Positions 42,713 through 53,276 of a DNA stretch of 61,675 bases are shown here, one piece after another. The translations under genes and the position numbers were made by a program. The DNA is taken from positions 1 through 61,675 of the forward strand of contig CAWDPO010000027.1 in assembly GCA_963804165.1 (NCBI GenBank). The letters run 5' to 3'. Origin of the DNA: an uncultured delta proteobacterium (GTDB taxonomy: Bacteria > Desulfobacterota > Binatia > UBA9968). The notes under the pieces are model-generated. The model saw nothing but the letters and a program-made list of their open reading frames with translations, was not told where the DNA came from and ran no database searches. The first letter of the stretch is position 1. Each line of letters begins with the position of its first letter.

Positions 42713-43921
42713 ATGGCTGAACAGAAAGGCGACGGCCTTCCCTTTACTTTCTCGTTGACCGAACGCGATCGGCGCTATCGCCAAGTACGCGCGCAGATGG
42801 CCGCGTTAGGATTAGACGCGCTCATCATTCCCTGCAACACCGGCCATAATGAGGCTTATCAAGCGGATGTGAGATATCTCACCCAGGTCGGCGGCTTCGC
42901 CACCGAGGTCGCGCTCTTTTTCCCGATCGAGGGAGAGCCCACCTGCTTTCTGCGCGGCGATAAACAAAGAACCGCTTGGTGGCGCACGATGCAGGATTGG
43001 GTGCAGGATATCCGCCCGTCCGACTGTGCTTGGAGCGAGGGATTTGACAGCGTGATGCGAGAAAGAAGCATGGCAACAGGATGCCTGGGTGTGGTGGGGA
43101 TCGGCGGCACCTATCGCTCGCCGGACGGCCTCATTCTGCACGGCACGCTTGCGCATTTACAATCTTCATTCCCGCAAGCGAAGTTTGTCGACGCCACGGA
43201 GATGATGTTGGAAATCCGCTTGATCAAGAGCGAGGAGGAGATTGCCGCACTGCAGAGGGCGACGGAGATCGCCGAGATCAGCATCAAAGCGGCTGCCGAT
43301 GGGGCGCGACCGGGACGCCGCGAAAACCAAGTGTACGCTGAAATGGTCGCCGCCATGGTCAGAGAAGGCGGCGAGCTGCCGACGATGATTCTGTGGCGCG
43401 CCGGCAGCGCGCCGACCCGCCCGGACCGCTATCCACCCCAGCGTCAATTGGCTGGGGGAGACGTCATCATCAACGAAGTCGAAGCCAAATGCGTCGGTTA
43501 TATGGCGCAAATCCGCCGGCCGATTTTTTTGGGCAAGCCTTCACCGGAGTATGAACAACTCCACGAATTGGGCGTCGAGTCTTTTCATCTCATGTACAAC
43601 CGCATGCGACCCGGCGCGACTTACGGCTACGCGGTGAAGGCTTACACGGATCTGATCGAAGACTGGGGATACCGTGCCTCGGGTGTGCCACTGCACGGCA
43701 TCGGGCTCGGCGAAGATTTACCGACGGTCAATCTCGGCAAAGGATTCTCGGGCAAGCTCGCCGATACCGAAATGAAAACCGGCCAAGCCTATATCCTCGG
43801 CCCCCGCGTCCTCTCGCCGGACGGCAGTAAAATGCTCGCCTGGGGAGACGCTGTCGTTATTACGGAACGGGGCGTCAAGCGTCTGGGCAAGGGCCGCGGC
43901 GAACCGATCATCGCGGCATAA
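42713..43921 (+). CDS. M24/creatinase-fold hydrolase, close paralogue of 35303-36520
   Basis: PCNTGHNEAYQADVRYLTQ, KSEEEI, NEVEAKCVGYMAQ, LHGIGLGED, WGDAVV. Confidence 0.88.
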   Translation: MAEQKGDGLPFTFSLTERDRRYRQVRAQMAALGLDALIIPCNTGHNEAYQADVRYLTQVGGFATEVALFFPIEGEPTCFLRGDKQRTAWWRTMQDWVQDIRPSDCAWSEGFDSVMRERSMATGCLGVVGIGGTYRSPDGLILHGTLAHLQSSFPQAKFVDATEMMLEIRLIKSEEEIAALQRATEIAEISIKAAADGARPGRRENQVYAEMVAAMVREGGELPTMILWRAGSAPTRPDRYPPQRQLAGGDVIINEVEAKCVGYMAQIRRPIFLGKPSPEYEQLHELGVESFHLMYNRMRPGATYGYAVKAYTDLIEDWGYRASGVPLHGIGLGEDLPTVNLGKGFSGKLADTEMKTGQAYILGPRVLSPDGSKMLAWGDAVVITERGVKRLGKGRGEPIIAA

Positions 43922-43953
43922 AGACGCGGCTATACTATAAAGGAGGAGAATCT

Positions 43954-44796
43954 ATGTCGTGCCTAACGCAGTTGGATCACACCGGAGTGCTGGTGAGCGA
44001 CTTCGAGCGCTCGAAAAAATTCTACATGGATTTTCTTGGCATGGATCTGCGCCGCGATAGCTCGGATCTCGATCCGGCCATCGGCACGCCCAACGTCCAG
44101 GTGAAATCCGGCGTCTGTGTCTTGTTCATGTTTCGCAATCTCAAGTCCGGCGAGAGTAAAGATATTCGCCCCGGACCCGCGCCCCACTTTGAATTTACCG
44201 TGAGGGATCCGGACGCGGCCGCGCGCTACCTGGCCAACGCCGAGTTCGCGCATGAGGGTCCGGTCGATACTCCCGCCGGCTACCGAAGAATTTACTTTCA
44301 TGATCCGGACGGCAATCTCCTGTCGTTTCGGATGACACCGGCGGGCGCGGGGAATGGCAAAGGCATCGACGTCACAGGATTTGGCGCGATCAATCTGCCC
44401 GTGATCGACCTGGAAGAGTCGACGAAGTTCTACGTCGACGTGCTCGGCCTGGAGGTTTGTGAGGATCGCCTGGATCTCAACGCCAACGATCCGCGCCAAG
44501 AGTTTCGTCCCTATCGCTTGCTGAAAGGCGAAGGAACCTCGATTGCTCTTTGTCCGGTCTGGAAGGCGGGAGACTACGAACGCATCTGTCGCGACGGTCA
44601 ACCGCTCGCTTCGAGCCCACGCTCACGCACCCGGGTTTTGCATTTCGCATTTAGATCGAAGGACCGCGAGGCGATGCTCAAGAAATTCGACGCGATGAAA
44701 TTTCCCTATGAAGTTTATGAAGGACGGGGAAAAACCGGATACGAGGTGTATCTTCATGATCCGTCCGGCTTTCGCGTTGAAATTGTCGGACATTAG
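43954..44796 (+). CDS. Two-domain VOC family protein
   Basis: LDHTGVLVSD..FY..LG, YFHDPDGN; second domain HFAF..YLHDPSGFRVE; AGGAGG RBS. Confidence 0.88.
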   Translation: MSCLTQLDHTGVLVSDFERSKKFYMDFLGMDLRRDSSDLDPAIGTPNVQVKSGVCVLFMFRNLKSGESKDIRPGPAPHFEFTVRDPDAAARYLANAEFAHEGPVDTPAGYRRIYFHDPDGNLLSFRMTPAGAGNGKGIDVTGFGAINLPVIDLEESTKFYVDVLGLEVCEDRLDLNANDPRQEFRPYRLLKGEGTSIALCPVWKAGDYERICRDGQPLASSPRSRTRVLHFAFRSKDREAMLKKFDAMKFPYEVYEGRGKTGYEVYLHDPSGFRVEIVGH

Positions 44797-44938
44797 ATAG
44801 CTGCGGGACGACCCGGTGTTTCAGCCGGGTGATAAACGGGCTCCCACTATTGCGCTCAGGTAAGCTTGTCGAACCTGAACCGTGTTTCTCAGCCAATTCG
44901 TAACGACCGATTGCCATGATGCGTGCCGGTCTTTGAAG

Positions 44939-47905
44939 TCAACATTCCGCTAGGGGACCTGGCGTGGCATCGCAAGCGCGTCGCAAATCGCTCAGTTTCT
45001 CCAGGCTGCGCAGGGTGGCGTCCAGTGCGACGCCGAAATCGATGAGGCAGGCGATTTCATCGACCCCGATCGCTTGCACACCGGCGACCTTTTCAAGACA
45101 AACATCCGGCGTTCCCACCAGACCTCTGCTGTGAAAAAGCTCTTCGGTTGCCCGGTTGATGATGAAGCGCGTATCCGGGTCGCTGCGCGGGTTGGCTTCG
45201 TCAACGCCGCGCATTTGATCATCCTGCAAGCCGAGATTGACGAACAAGTAATCTGCATAGGCCGATGTTACCTGCTCGCGCACCATCGCCGTTGTGTCGC
45301 CGATGTAGGTATGCAGCATTAACGTCACTTTGCCCTGTTCGGGATCGAGACCGCGTTGCGCTCGCGCTTTGCGATAAAGCTTGATCCGGCGCGCCAGGTC
45401 TTCGACGCGGGTGTCCCATAACACCGTCAACACGTGGGCGCCGATCTCGCCGGCCTTGATAAAGGTCGCATCGCTGTGGCTGGCCAGCCAGATGGGCAAA
45501 TTCGGCTGAATCGGTTGCGGATAGATGCGCACGTCAATGAGCTTGCCGGCGCCATTGGGCAAGGCGATGGGCTCGCCGCGCCAGAGTTTTTGAATAATGG
45601 CGATCCTCTCGGCCATGATTTCCCGCCGGCGCTGGTAATGCGCCGGCGCCAGTACAAAGTCGTTCACATGCCAGCCCGACGCGCAGGCGATTCCGACTCT
45701 GCCGCCGGACAAGTTATCGATCACCGACCACTCCTCGGCGACACGCAACGGATCTTGAAACGGGACAACGACACTGCCCGCGCGAATTTGGATTTGCTTG
45801 GTGAGCGTCGCCGCCGCCGCGCCGAGAATAGCCGGGTTGGGATATAGACCGCCGAACGGATGGAAATGCCGCTCCGGCGTCCAGATCGCCGTGAAGCCAT
45901 TGCGATCGGCGAACTGCACGCTTTCGAGGAATAGACGGTATTTGTCATCTTGGACGGCCGAGCCGTCGGCGGAGAAAAAGAACAGACTGAATTCCATCCG
46001 TTTGGTTCGCGCCGCTACCCTTTGTTCCAACGGTTCGGTCGTCGCGGCCGCGGGCGGAACTGCTGTTTGCGCGGCGGGAGCGATCGGCGAGCCAACCTCC
46101 ACCGGCCACACTTCTACCGGGTGACGCGCCAAGCCGTCGGGGCTCAGCTCCTGCGCCAGTGCGGCGATTGTTGGGGCGACGAAGAACGATTCGATGGAGA
46201 TGTCAATGTGAAGCCGCCGGCGAATGCGAGCGACCGCTTGGGTGGCCTTGATCGAGTCGCCGCCGAGGGCGAAGAAATTGTCATTGATACTGATGGATGG
46301 GATTTCCAGAACATCTTGCCAGATTTCCGCCAAGCACAATTCATTGACATTTCGCGGCGCGACGAATTCCGCCTGCAAACGATCCGAAAAGAACTGCGCC
46401 AATCGAGTACGCTGGATCTTGCCGGTGGAGCTCGCGGGGACCGCGTCGACAATCAATATTTGACCGGGAACCTTATGGCCGACCACGCGGGCGGCGACGT
46501 ATCTGCGCAAATCCAAAACACTCGATCCGCTGTCGTTCCGTAACACCACCGCTGCGGCGACATCCTCTCCCAGGGTTGGATGAGGCACGGCAAATACGAC
46601 GGCGGCAGCAACCTCCGGATGTTGCCCAAGCACTTCCTCGACTTCGACGGGTGAGATCTTCTCGCCGCCGCGATTGATCGTCTCCTTGACCCTTCCGGTA
46701 ATGTAAAGATAGCGCTCGCGATCCAGATACCCTTGGTCCCCGGTGCGAAGCCAGCCGTCGATAAAGGCTTCGGCGTTGGCCTCGGGGTTATTTTCATAGG
46801 CCGTCATGATGTTGGCGCCGCGCACGGCGATTTCTCCCGGCTGACCAGCGGGAAGCGCTGCCCCATTCCCATCGAGAATCGCGACTTCGGCGCCGACGGC
46901 GATTCCCACCGATCCGGTTTTTCTCGCAAGCGGCGGCAGCGGATTGCTGGTCGCGTACAAACAAGTTTCGGTCATGCCGTAGCCTTCGATCACGGGCGCG
47001 CGAAAGACCTCTTCCAATTCCGCCAGCACGTTAGGCGGCAAGGGAGCAGCGGAAGAACGAATGAAGCGCAACGAACTTGCGGCGACGATCGTTCGGTATT
47101 CACGTGCGCGCGCCAAAATCGCTTGATGAATTGTCGGCGCCGAGGAATACCAAGTCGGCCGAAATTCGCCGAGCCAACGGAAAAAGTCGTCGACGTCGAA
47201 CGGCGGCACGGCAATCACCGCGCCGCCGCCGAGCAATGCGGCTAAGCTCGTCATCAGCGCATGGGCGTGATACGTCGGCATGACGCACAGGTAGCGGTCC
47301 GACACCGCCAAATGGAGCGCATCGATGGTCAGGCGGGCGCCTGCGATCATCGCCGACTGCGTCGACGGTACGATCTTCGGCCGAGCGGTGGTGCCAGAAG
47401 TGGAGAGCACCAGGGCGACATCGTCGTCGCAAGAGAAAGCCGGATTTCGCATAAGATGCGCAGCCGATTTCCCGCCGCCCAAAGTAAAAATCCCCGCTGG
47501 CTCGTTAGGGTTGAAGGAAAGCTCGAGGACCGCTATGCCGCGACTCCGAGCGACCTCACCTACCGGCGATGCCGTCGAGGCCGGTACAATCACCGCGCCG
47601 ATCCTCAAGTCTTGTAGAGCCGAATCGAACTCGCCGGCGGAAAGGGCCGGATTGAGCGGCGCCGCGCCGGCCCCGCATGCGACCGCCAGAAACACCGTCA
47701 ACATTTCCGGACCGTTCGGTAATACCAGTGCCACCCGATCGCCGCGGCCGAGACCCTGGGAGTTTAGCATCCCGACGACTTGCTCCAGATGGCGGCATAG
47801 GGCGGCGTACGTGAGCGGGGCGCGGGCCGGCGCAAAGATCGCAATACTGCTCGGGCTCGACTCAGCCCGGGCTTTGAGCAAATTATAGACGGTCCCGGCA
47901 GTCAC
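44939..47905 (-). CDS. NRPS-like protein: acyl-adenylation domain, carrier protein, MupA-type luciferase-like monooxygenase
   Basis: STSGTTARPK, EGYGMTET, WLRTGDQG, GRVKETINRGGEKISP; PCP FFALGGDS; LLM FSLFFFS..WTPERHFHPFGGLYPNP..RAGSVV..GWHVNDF. Confidence 0.9.
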   Translation of the reverse strand: MTAGTVYNLLKARAESSPSSIAIFAPARAPLTYAALCRHLEQVVGMLNSQGLGRGDRVALVLPNGPEMLTVFLAVACGAGAAPLNPALSAGEFDSALQDLRIGAVIVPASTASPVGEVARSRGIAVLELSFNPNEPAGIFTLGGGKSAAHLMRNPAFSCDDDVALVLSTSGTTARPKIVPSTQSAMIAGARLTIDALHLAVSDRYLCVMPTYHAHALMTSLAALLGGGAVIAVPPFDVDDFFRWLGEFRPTWYSSAPTIHQAILARAREYRTIVAASSLRFIRSSAAPLPPNVLAELEEVFRAPVIEGYGMTETCLYATSNPLPPLARKTGSVGIAVGAEVAILDGNGAALPAGQPGEIAVRGANIMTAYENNPEANAEAFIDGWLRTGDQGYLDRERYLYITGRVKETINRGGEKISPVEVEEVLGQHPEVAAAVVFAVPHPTLGEDVAAAVVLRNDSGSSVLDLRRYVAARVVGHKVPGQILIVDAVPASSTGKIQRTRLAQFFSDRLQAEFVAPRNVNELCLAEIWQDVLEIPSISINDNFFALGGDSIKATQAVARIRRRLHIDISIESFFVAPTIAALAQELSPDGLARHPVEVWPVEVGSPIAPAAQTAVPPAAATTEPLEQRVAARTKRMEFSLFFFSADGSAVQDDKYRLFLESVQFADRNGFTAIWTPERHFHPFGGLYPNPAILGAAAATLTKQIQIRAGSVVVPFQDPLRVAEEWSVIDNLSGGRVGIACASGWHVNDFVLAPAHYQRRREIMAERIAIIQKLWRGEPIALPNGAGKLIDVRIYPQPIQPNLPIWLASHSDATFIKAGEIGAHVLTVLWDTRVEDLARRIKLYRKARAQRGLDPEQGKVTLMLHTYIGDTTAMVREQVTSAYADYLFVNLGLQDDQMRGVDEANPRSDPDTRFIINRATEELFHSRGLVGTPDVCLEKVAGVQAIGVDEIACLIDFGVALDATLRSLEKLSDLRRACDATPGPLAEC

Positions 47906-48263
47906 CGAAAAAGTTCCTCGCGTGTCCTATTTGTCTTCATTGCCTAAGTATCCCGACAGATAGGCGGTTCTTGCAATATGAAGTCGTCCCCTGAGCAAGC
48001 GTTCGAGGGTCCGGTACTACGCATGAACTGCGGTTTGCCATATTGTAGCACGGAGATCGATCCGGTTGTGCGATGATGTTGCGGGCAGGGGTGAAGCGCA
48101 GGGTCTCGCGATGGAGTCCGGCACATGACGTTTGCCGCCGATCGTTTACGCTACCCGGATCCGCGCCGCCCATGGTATAGAGATTTCTGCCGACAAACCG
48201 TTGTGGCGTAACTGAAAGTGAGGAATGATAGCTGCAGCGTGGCGGAGCAAAAATCTCCCCTTT

Positions 48264-48284
48264 CCCCTCTTTTCAAAAGAGGGG
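48264..48284. repeat. Perfect 10-bp inverted repeat (REP-like or terminator)
   Basis: CCCCTCTTTT-C-AAAAGAGGGG. Confidence 0.55.
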
Positions 48285-48381
48285 TTTAATATGGCACCGG
48301 AGAAAATTCCTGCCAACGCCCACCAGCCTACTTTCGGCGAGCGGCAGCCGTAGCCGCCTGCCCGGACATAAGGAGATTCGC

Positions 48382-49443
48382 ATGAGAATCAAATATCCGC
48401 GCCTGATCCTCCTGATCGCCATGCTGCTGCAGCTCGCTCTTTCGCCGAGCCCGGTTTTTTCCCAGGCGCCGTTCTATCAAGGCAAGATCGTGAGGATCAT
48501 CAACAACGATCCCGGCGGCACGGCCGGCACGCGCGTCAAAACCGTCGTCCCGTATCTGCGCAAATATATCCCGGGCAATCCGACCATCATCGTCGAGTTT
48601 GTCGAAGGCGGCGGCGGACGCAGAGCCGCGAATCAGGTGTTCAGCTCGGCCAAGCCCGACGGCCTCACCCTCGGCGCCTTGAGCAGCGCGGCCATCGGCT
48701 TGAGCGTCATGCGGGAAACCGGCGTCATGTACGATATCGACAAGTTCATCTATCTCGGCACTCCCGTGAGCGAGAACCACAACGTCATCTACACTCGGCG
48801 GGAGCTCGGTTTTAATAGTCTGGAAAAACTGCGAGCGGCGAGCGGCATCAAGCTCGGCGCCCAGGAAGTCGGCGCCGTCGCGTATATCTCCGCCAGGCTT
48901 TTTGCCTATTTTCTCGATTTAAAGGCGCCCAAATTCGTCACCGGCTATTCTTCGCTGGAGGCCGACGTCGCGCTGATGAACGGCGAAATCGATTCGCGCG
49001 CGAACAATACGACTTCGGTGTTGCGGCGCAATCGCGAATGGGTGGAAAAGGGCATCATGGATTTTCACGCGATCCTGGCGGTGCCGAAAACCGAAAAGCA
49101 TCCGCATCCGAAGTTTGCGCAACTGCCGGAGATCGAGAGTTTTGCCAAAACGGATAAGGAAAGAAAGCTCCTATCGATGTGGCGCGGCTTCAGAACGGCG
49201 ACATCGCCTTTCGTGCTGCCGCCGGGAACGCCCAAAGACCGGGTGGAGATTTTGCAAGATGCGATGCGCAAGGTATTCAAGGATCCCGAGTTCCACGCCG
49301 AGTTTCAGAAGCTCGTCAGCGACGAAGTCTCGCCGTTGACGCCGGAAGAGCTGGCGAAAATTATCCGCGAAATGCCCCGCGATCCCGAGGTCGTGGAAAT
49401 GCTGAAAAAATTTTCCGGAGTCGACCCGCTGCCTGCGCGCTAG
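48382..49443 (+). CDS. Bug/TctC binding protein, paralogue of 29743-30816
   Basis: FYQGKIVRII..PGG, KYIPGNPTI, KPDGLT, PPGTPKDRV. Confidence 0.9.
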   Translation: MRIKYPRLILLIAMLLQLALSPSPVFSQAPFYQGKIVRIINNDPGGTAGTRVKTVVPYLRKYIPGNPTIIVEFVEGGGGRRAANQVFSSAKPDGLTLGALSSAAIGLSVMRETGVMYDIDKFIYLGTPVSENHNVIYTRRELGFNSLEKLRAASGIKLGAQEVGAVAYISARLFAYFLDLKAPKFVTGYSSLEADVALMNGEIDSRANNTTSVLRRNREWVEKGIMDFHAILAVPKTEKHPHPKFAQLPEIESFAKTDKERKLLSMWRGFRTATSPFVLPPGTPKDRVEILQDAMRKVFKDPEFHAEFQKLVSDEVSPLTPEELAKIIREMPRDPEVVEMLKKFSGVDPLPAR

Positions 49444-49509
49444 GAAAATCGGCATCGAACAAGACGCGGCCACTGGGCCGGATACGCTCCGGGTTCGCCA
49501 AGCAGTCTC

Positions 49510-49544
49510 TCGACATATTATATGTAAATAAGTATATTAGTATA
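49510..49544 (+). promoter_or_regulatory. Putative TA promoter with operator palindrome
   Basis: TCGACA-N17-TATATT, 6 nt before ATG 49545; palindrome ACATAT-T-ATATGT at 49513-49525. Confidence 0.5.
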
Positions 49545-49906
49545 ATGCCGGATCAACCCAAGCCGGTGGTATGGGTCGGATCATCGAGACGGGATATCAA
49601 AACCTTCCCGAAGAAGGTCCGTTCCGATATCGGATAGGCCCTTTATACAGCGCAAATGGGTGAAACTGATCCTGCGGCCAAACCCTCAAGGGCTTCGGTG
49701 GAGCGAGCGTGATGGAGATCGTTGACCGTCACAATACTAACACTTATCGTGCTGTATACAGCGTACAGTTTGACGACGTGATCTATGTGCTGCATGCCTT
49801 CCAGAAGAAGTCCAAGAGCGGTATTGCCACACCGCAAAAAGACATCGACATGATCCGCCGCAGGCTTGCGGAAGCCCAGCGGATTGATCGGCAAAGGAGC
49901 AATTGA
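49545..49906 (+). pseudogene. RelE/ParE-superfamily (Gp49/HigB-like) toxin with premature TAG and frameshift
   Basis: KPVVWVGSS..FP..VRSDIG*ALYTAQMG..AKP/KGFGGASVMEIV..TYRAVY..IYVLHAFQKKSKSGIATP. Confidence 0.85.
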
Positions 49907-49908
49907 CA

Positions 49909-50244
49909 ATGGCGACTAAAAAACCAAGACGCATGACGTTTGAAAAAAGCAGCGGCAACGTGTTCGCCGACATCGGTTTCGCCAATCCGGAACGTGAGCA
50001 GCTCAAGGCTCATCTTACGCTGCAAATCTACCGCATCATCAAGGATCGCGGCCTCACGCAGGCTAAGGCGGGCACACTACTTGGCATCAAACAGCCTCAT
50101 GTATCGGCGCTGATGCGCAACCGCTCCGGCAACTTCTCAGTTGAAAGATTAATGGACTTTTTAGTTGCGCTTGGGCAGGACGTTGAGATTACCGTTCGCC
50201 CGACTCGCAAACATCATGGTCAAGTATCGATTGTCCTGCCTTAA
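49909..50244 (+). CDS. XRE-family HTH antitoxin (HigA-like)
   Basis: SSGNVFADIG, GLTQAKAGTLLGIKQPHVSAL, FSVERLMDFLVALGQDVEI. Confidence 0.9.
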   Translation: MATKKPRRMTFEKSSGNVFADIGFANPEREQLKAHLTLQIYRIIKDRGLTQAKAGTLLGIKQPHVSALMRNRSGNFSVERLMDFLVALGQDVEITVRPTRKHHGQVSIVLP

Positions 50245-50588
50245 TATCTTCGGGCTAAGAAAATCAGACTTGAAAAGACGAGATAGTCTAGACGTCGACT
50301 GCGGCGTTTGTCCGTGAAAGCCGCACTCCAACTGTCCGTATCGTGACCGAAATGGTCGATGAGCAGTGTCATCGGTTGGTTACGTCTTTCGATTCGAGAC
50401 ATGATCGGCCTCTTTTTGGCTTAACGGCGGACGACAATATTCCCTAATGACCGACGTCACAAGAATGCACGCCCCGGTGAGCTAATTCGCCGCTCTGATT
50501 TCCCGTCAACTGTACTTCTCTTAAAACAGCTCGAGTGAATCTTTACTCGGCGCGACGTTTCTAAGTATTCTGCCGCGGTGCAAAGACC

Positions 50589-51792
50589 ATGGGCCAATTG
50601 ACGGCTCGATTGCGGCGCACACCCTCGCCGCCGGCCGTCGCCTTCGCCGGACTGACCGCTCTCGCAGTCGCCATGGGTATCGGGCGCTTCGCGTTCACGC
50701 CGATCCTGCCGATGATGCAGCAGGACGCGGTGTTGTCGCTGGGCGGCGGTAGTTGGCTCGCCACTGCCAACTATCTCGGCTTTTTACTCGGCGCGGTGTC
50801 GGCCATCCGCCTGCGGGTTTCGCACACCAACACGATACGCTACGGCCTCGTCGCGATCGGAGTCGCGACGCTCGCGATGGGTTGCACCAGCCAATTTACC
50901 GCCTGGATTGTGTTGCGCGCGCTGGCCGGAGTGGGCCAACGCCTGGACCCAAATCTTTGCCTTCGCCTGGTGCCTGGATAAGCTTTCCGCGGCCCGGCGC
51001 CCCGTGTTGAACGGCGTGATGTGCGCCGGCGTCGGCACGGGGATCGTTGGCGCCGGCGGCTTTTGCCTGTTGCTGATGCATATGCACGCAAGCTCCGCTC
51101 AAGCATGGATCGGTCTTGGGGTGATCGCACTGATCGCAACCGCGGCGGTCTGGCGGATTTTCAACGAGGATGCGCCAGCGGGCGAACGCCAAAAGCCGGC
51201 GTCGCGTCAACGGCAATGGAACGCCGACTCGCTGCGGCTGGTGCTCTGCTTCAGCGCCTCGGGACTCGGCTACATCGTTCCCGCAACCTTTTTACCTGTG
51301 ATGGCCTGGCAGCGCGTTCCAAGCCCGCTGGTCTTCGGCTGGGCTTGGCCCGTCTTTGGCGCCGCTGCGGCGGTCGCGCCGCTGCTCGCGGCCGGCTGGG
51401 CGCAGCGAGTCGGCAACCGTCGCGTTTGGATTCTCAGCCACGGCGTGATGGCGCTCGGCGTCGCGCTTCCGGTCTTCTCGCCCGCCATCGGCACTATCAT
51501 GATCGCCGCGCTCCTGATCGGCGCTACGTTTATGATCAACGCTCTGGCGAGCATGCAAGAAGCGCAGGTCGTTGCGGGTCGCGACGAAGCGGCCGGTTTG
51601 ATGGCCGCCATGATTGCCGGCTTTGCGACCGGACAGATCGCCGGCCCGTTGTTGTTGAGCTATTTCATCGGACCCGACGCCGATTTTTCACCCGCGCTAT
51701 TGATCGCCGCCGGTGCCCTGATCGTCAGCGCATACGCGCTCGCCCGGAGCGGTTGGGTTAATCCAGTAGCTGAATCCCGCTTGGATCTTTAA
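50589..51792 (+). CDS. YbfB/YjiJ-family MFS transporter, frameshift near 50935
   Basis: AMGIGRFAFTPILPMM, LATANYLG, GLGYIVPATFLP, GQIAGP. Confidence 0.85.
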
Positions 51793-52122
51793 AATCGCGG
51801 GACGAAGTAGATGGGTCTTTTTCTTCGGCCGACCCGTTCCTCCCTTTCAAAGATACGCAAGAATAGAAAGCCTGGCCCTTTCAACCCCCCATATGAGCGT
51901 CTTTAATGGATAGCGGCGTTTCAAGATGATTTCGTCAGGATGCATCAGAATTTCCCCGACCGACAGTGCGGACGTGCAGCGCTCGTCGTGTTACGCTGTC
52001 AGTATGCCGGCCCGAGCAACTTACCGATGGCGCGGCTGCCGTCGGCGTTGAGAATCGACTACGTGCCAGAGAGCGGAGATTCGGCGGTCCGATCTTAAAC
52101 GACTGGAACGATTGAAAAAATT

Positions 52123-53276
52123 ATGAATCTTCCTGTGAATCCGCCGATTTTGCCGATGCTCGCCAAGCGGGTCGGCGAGTTGCCCGAACGCGGAACGTGG
52201 ATCTTCGAACCGAAATGGGACGGCTTTCGCGCTCTGGTGTTTCGCGATGGCGATGAGATCCTGCTTCAGAGCCGCGATGAAAAATCGCTCAACCGCTACT
52301 TTCCGGAGATGATCGAGCCGCTTCTCTCACAGCTCCCCGCCCGTTGTGTGCTTGACGGCGAGCTCGTCGTAGCGCAAGACGGCGCGCTCGACTTCGACGC
52401 CTTGCAGCTGCGCATCCATCCCGCCGCCTCCCGGGTAAAGCTGCTTGCCGAGGAGATCCCGGCGTCGATCGTATTTTTCGATCTCCTGAGCGAAGGCGAC
52501 CGGGATCTTCGGCGCACCCGTTCCAAGAGCGCCGGCGCATGCTCGAATCGCTGCTTTCGTCCGCGGCGCCGCCGCTCCATTTGACTCCCGCAACCGGCGA
52601 TTTGTCTACGGCGAGGGACTGGTTTCGTCGCTTCGAAGGCGCGGGTCTCGACGGCGTCATCGCCAAGCCGCCTACGGGAATCTATGAGCCCGACAAACGC
52701 GTCATGCTCAAGGTGAAGCACGAGCGCGACTGCGATTGTGTGGTGGCCGGATTTCGCTGGCACAAAAAAGGCGAGCGCAGCATGATCGGCTCGCTCCTGC
52801 TCGGCCTTTACGACGACGCCGGAGCGCTGCAGCATGTCGGCGTGTGCGCGAGCTTCACGGACAAAAAGCGGCGCGAACTTGTAGACTTCCTCGCGCCGTA
52901 TCGCAACAACGCTCTTGCCGATCACCCGTGGAAAGATTGGGCCGAGCAATCATCGGAAAGCGGCGATGCCCAGCATCGCATGCCCGGCGGCCAGAGCCGC
53001 TGGAGCGGCGGCAAGGACTTGTCCTGGGAGCCGCTCCGCCCGGAGCTGGTCGTCCAAGTGGCTTACGAGCACATGCAGGGCGACCGCTTCCGTCACACAG
53101 CGCAGTTTCGCTGCTGGCGCACGGACAAAAAGCCGAGCGACTGCACGTACGCCCAGCTCGAAGTCGTTCCGCCGGAAGAGCTGGCGAGTATTTTCACCGG
53201 CATAATTTCGCTACCGCGAACGGTTCAAGTTCAAAGTTCCGTGTTCAACGTCCGATTCCCCAACCTTGAACTTTGA
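52123..53276 (+). CDS. ligC: ATP-dependent DNA ligase, LigC type, frameshift near 52518
   Basis: PMLAK, EPKWDGFR, LDGELV, FFDLL, GLDGVIAK, MLKVKH, GSLLLGLY, LRPELVVQV, RFRH. Confidence 0.88.

Noticed and set aside
50295-50345. Group II intron domain V-like hairpin (GTGAAAGCCGCAC)
   Set aside because: The catalytic-triad stem does not pair properly, and there is no domain VI or RT gene
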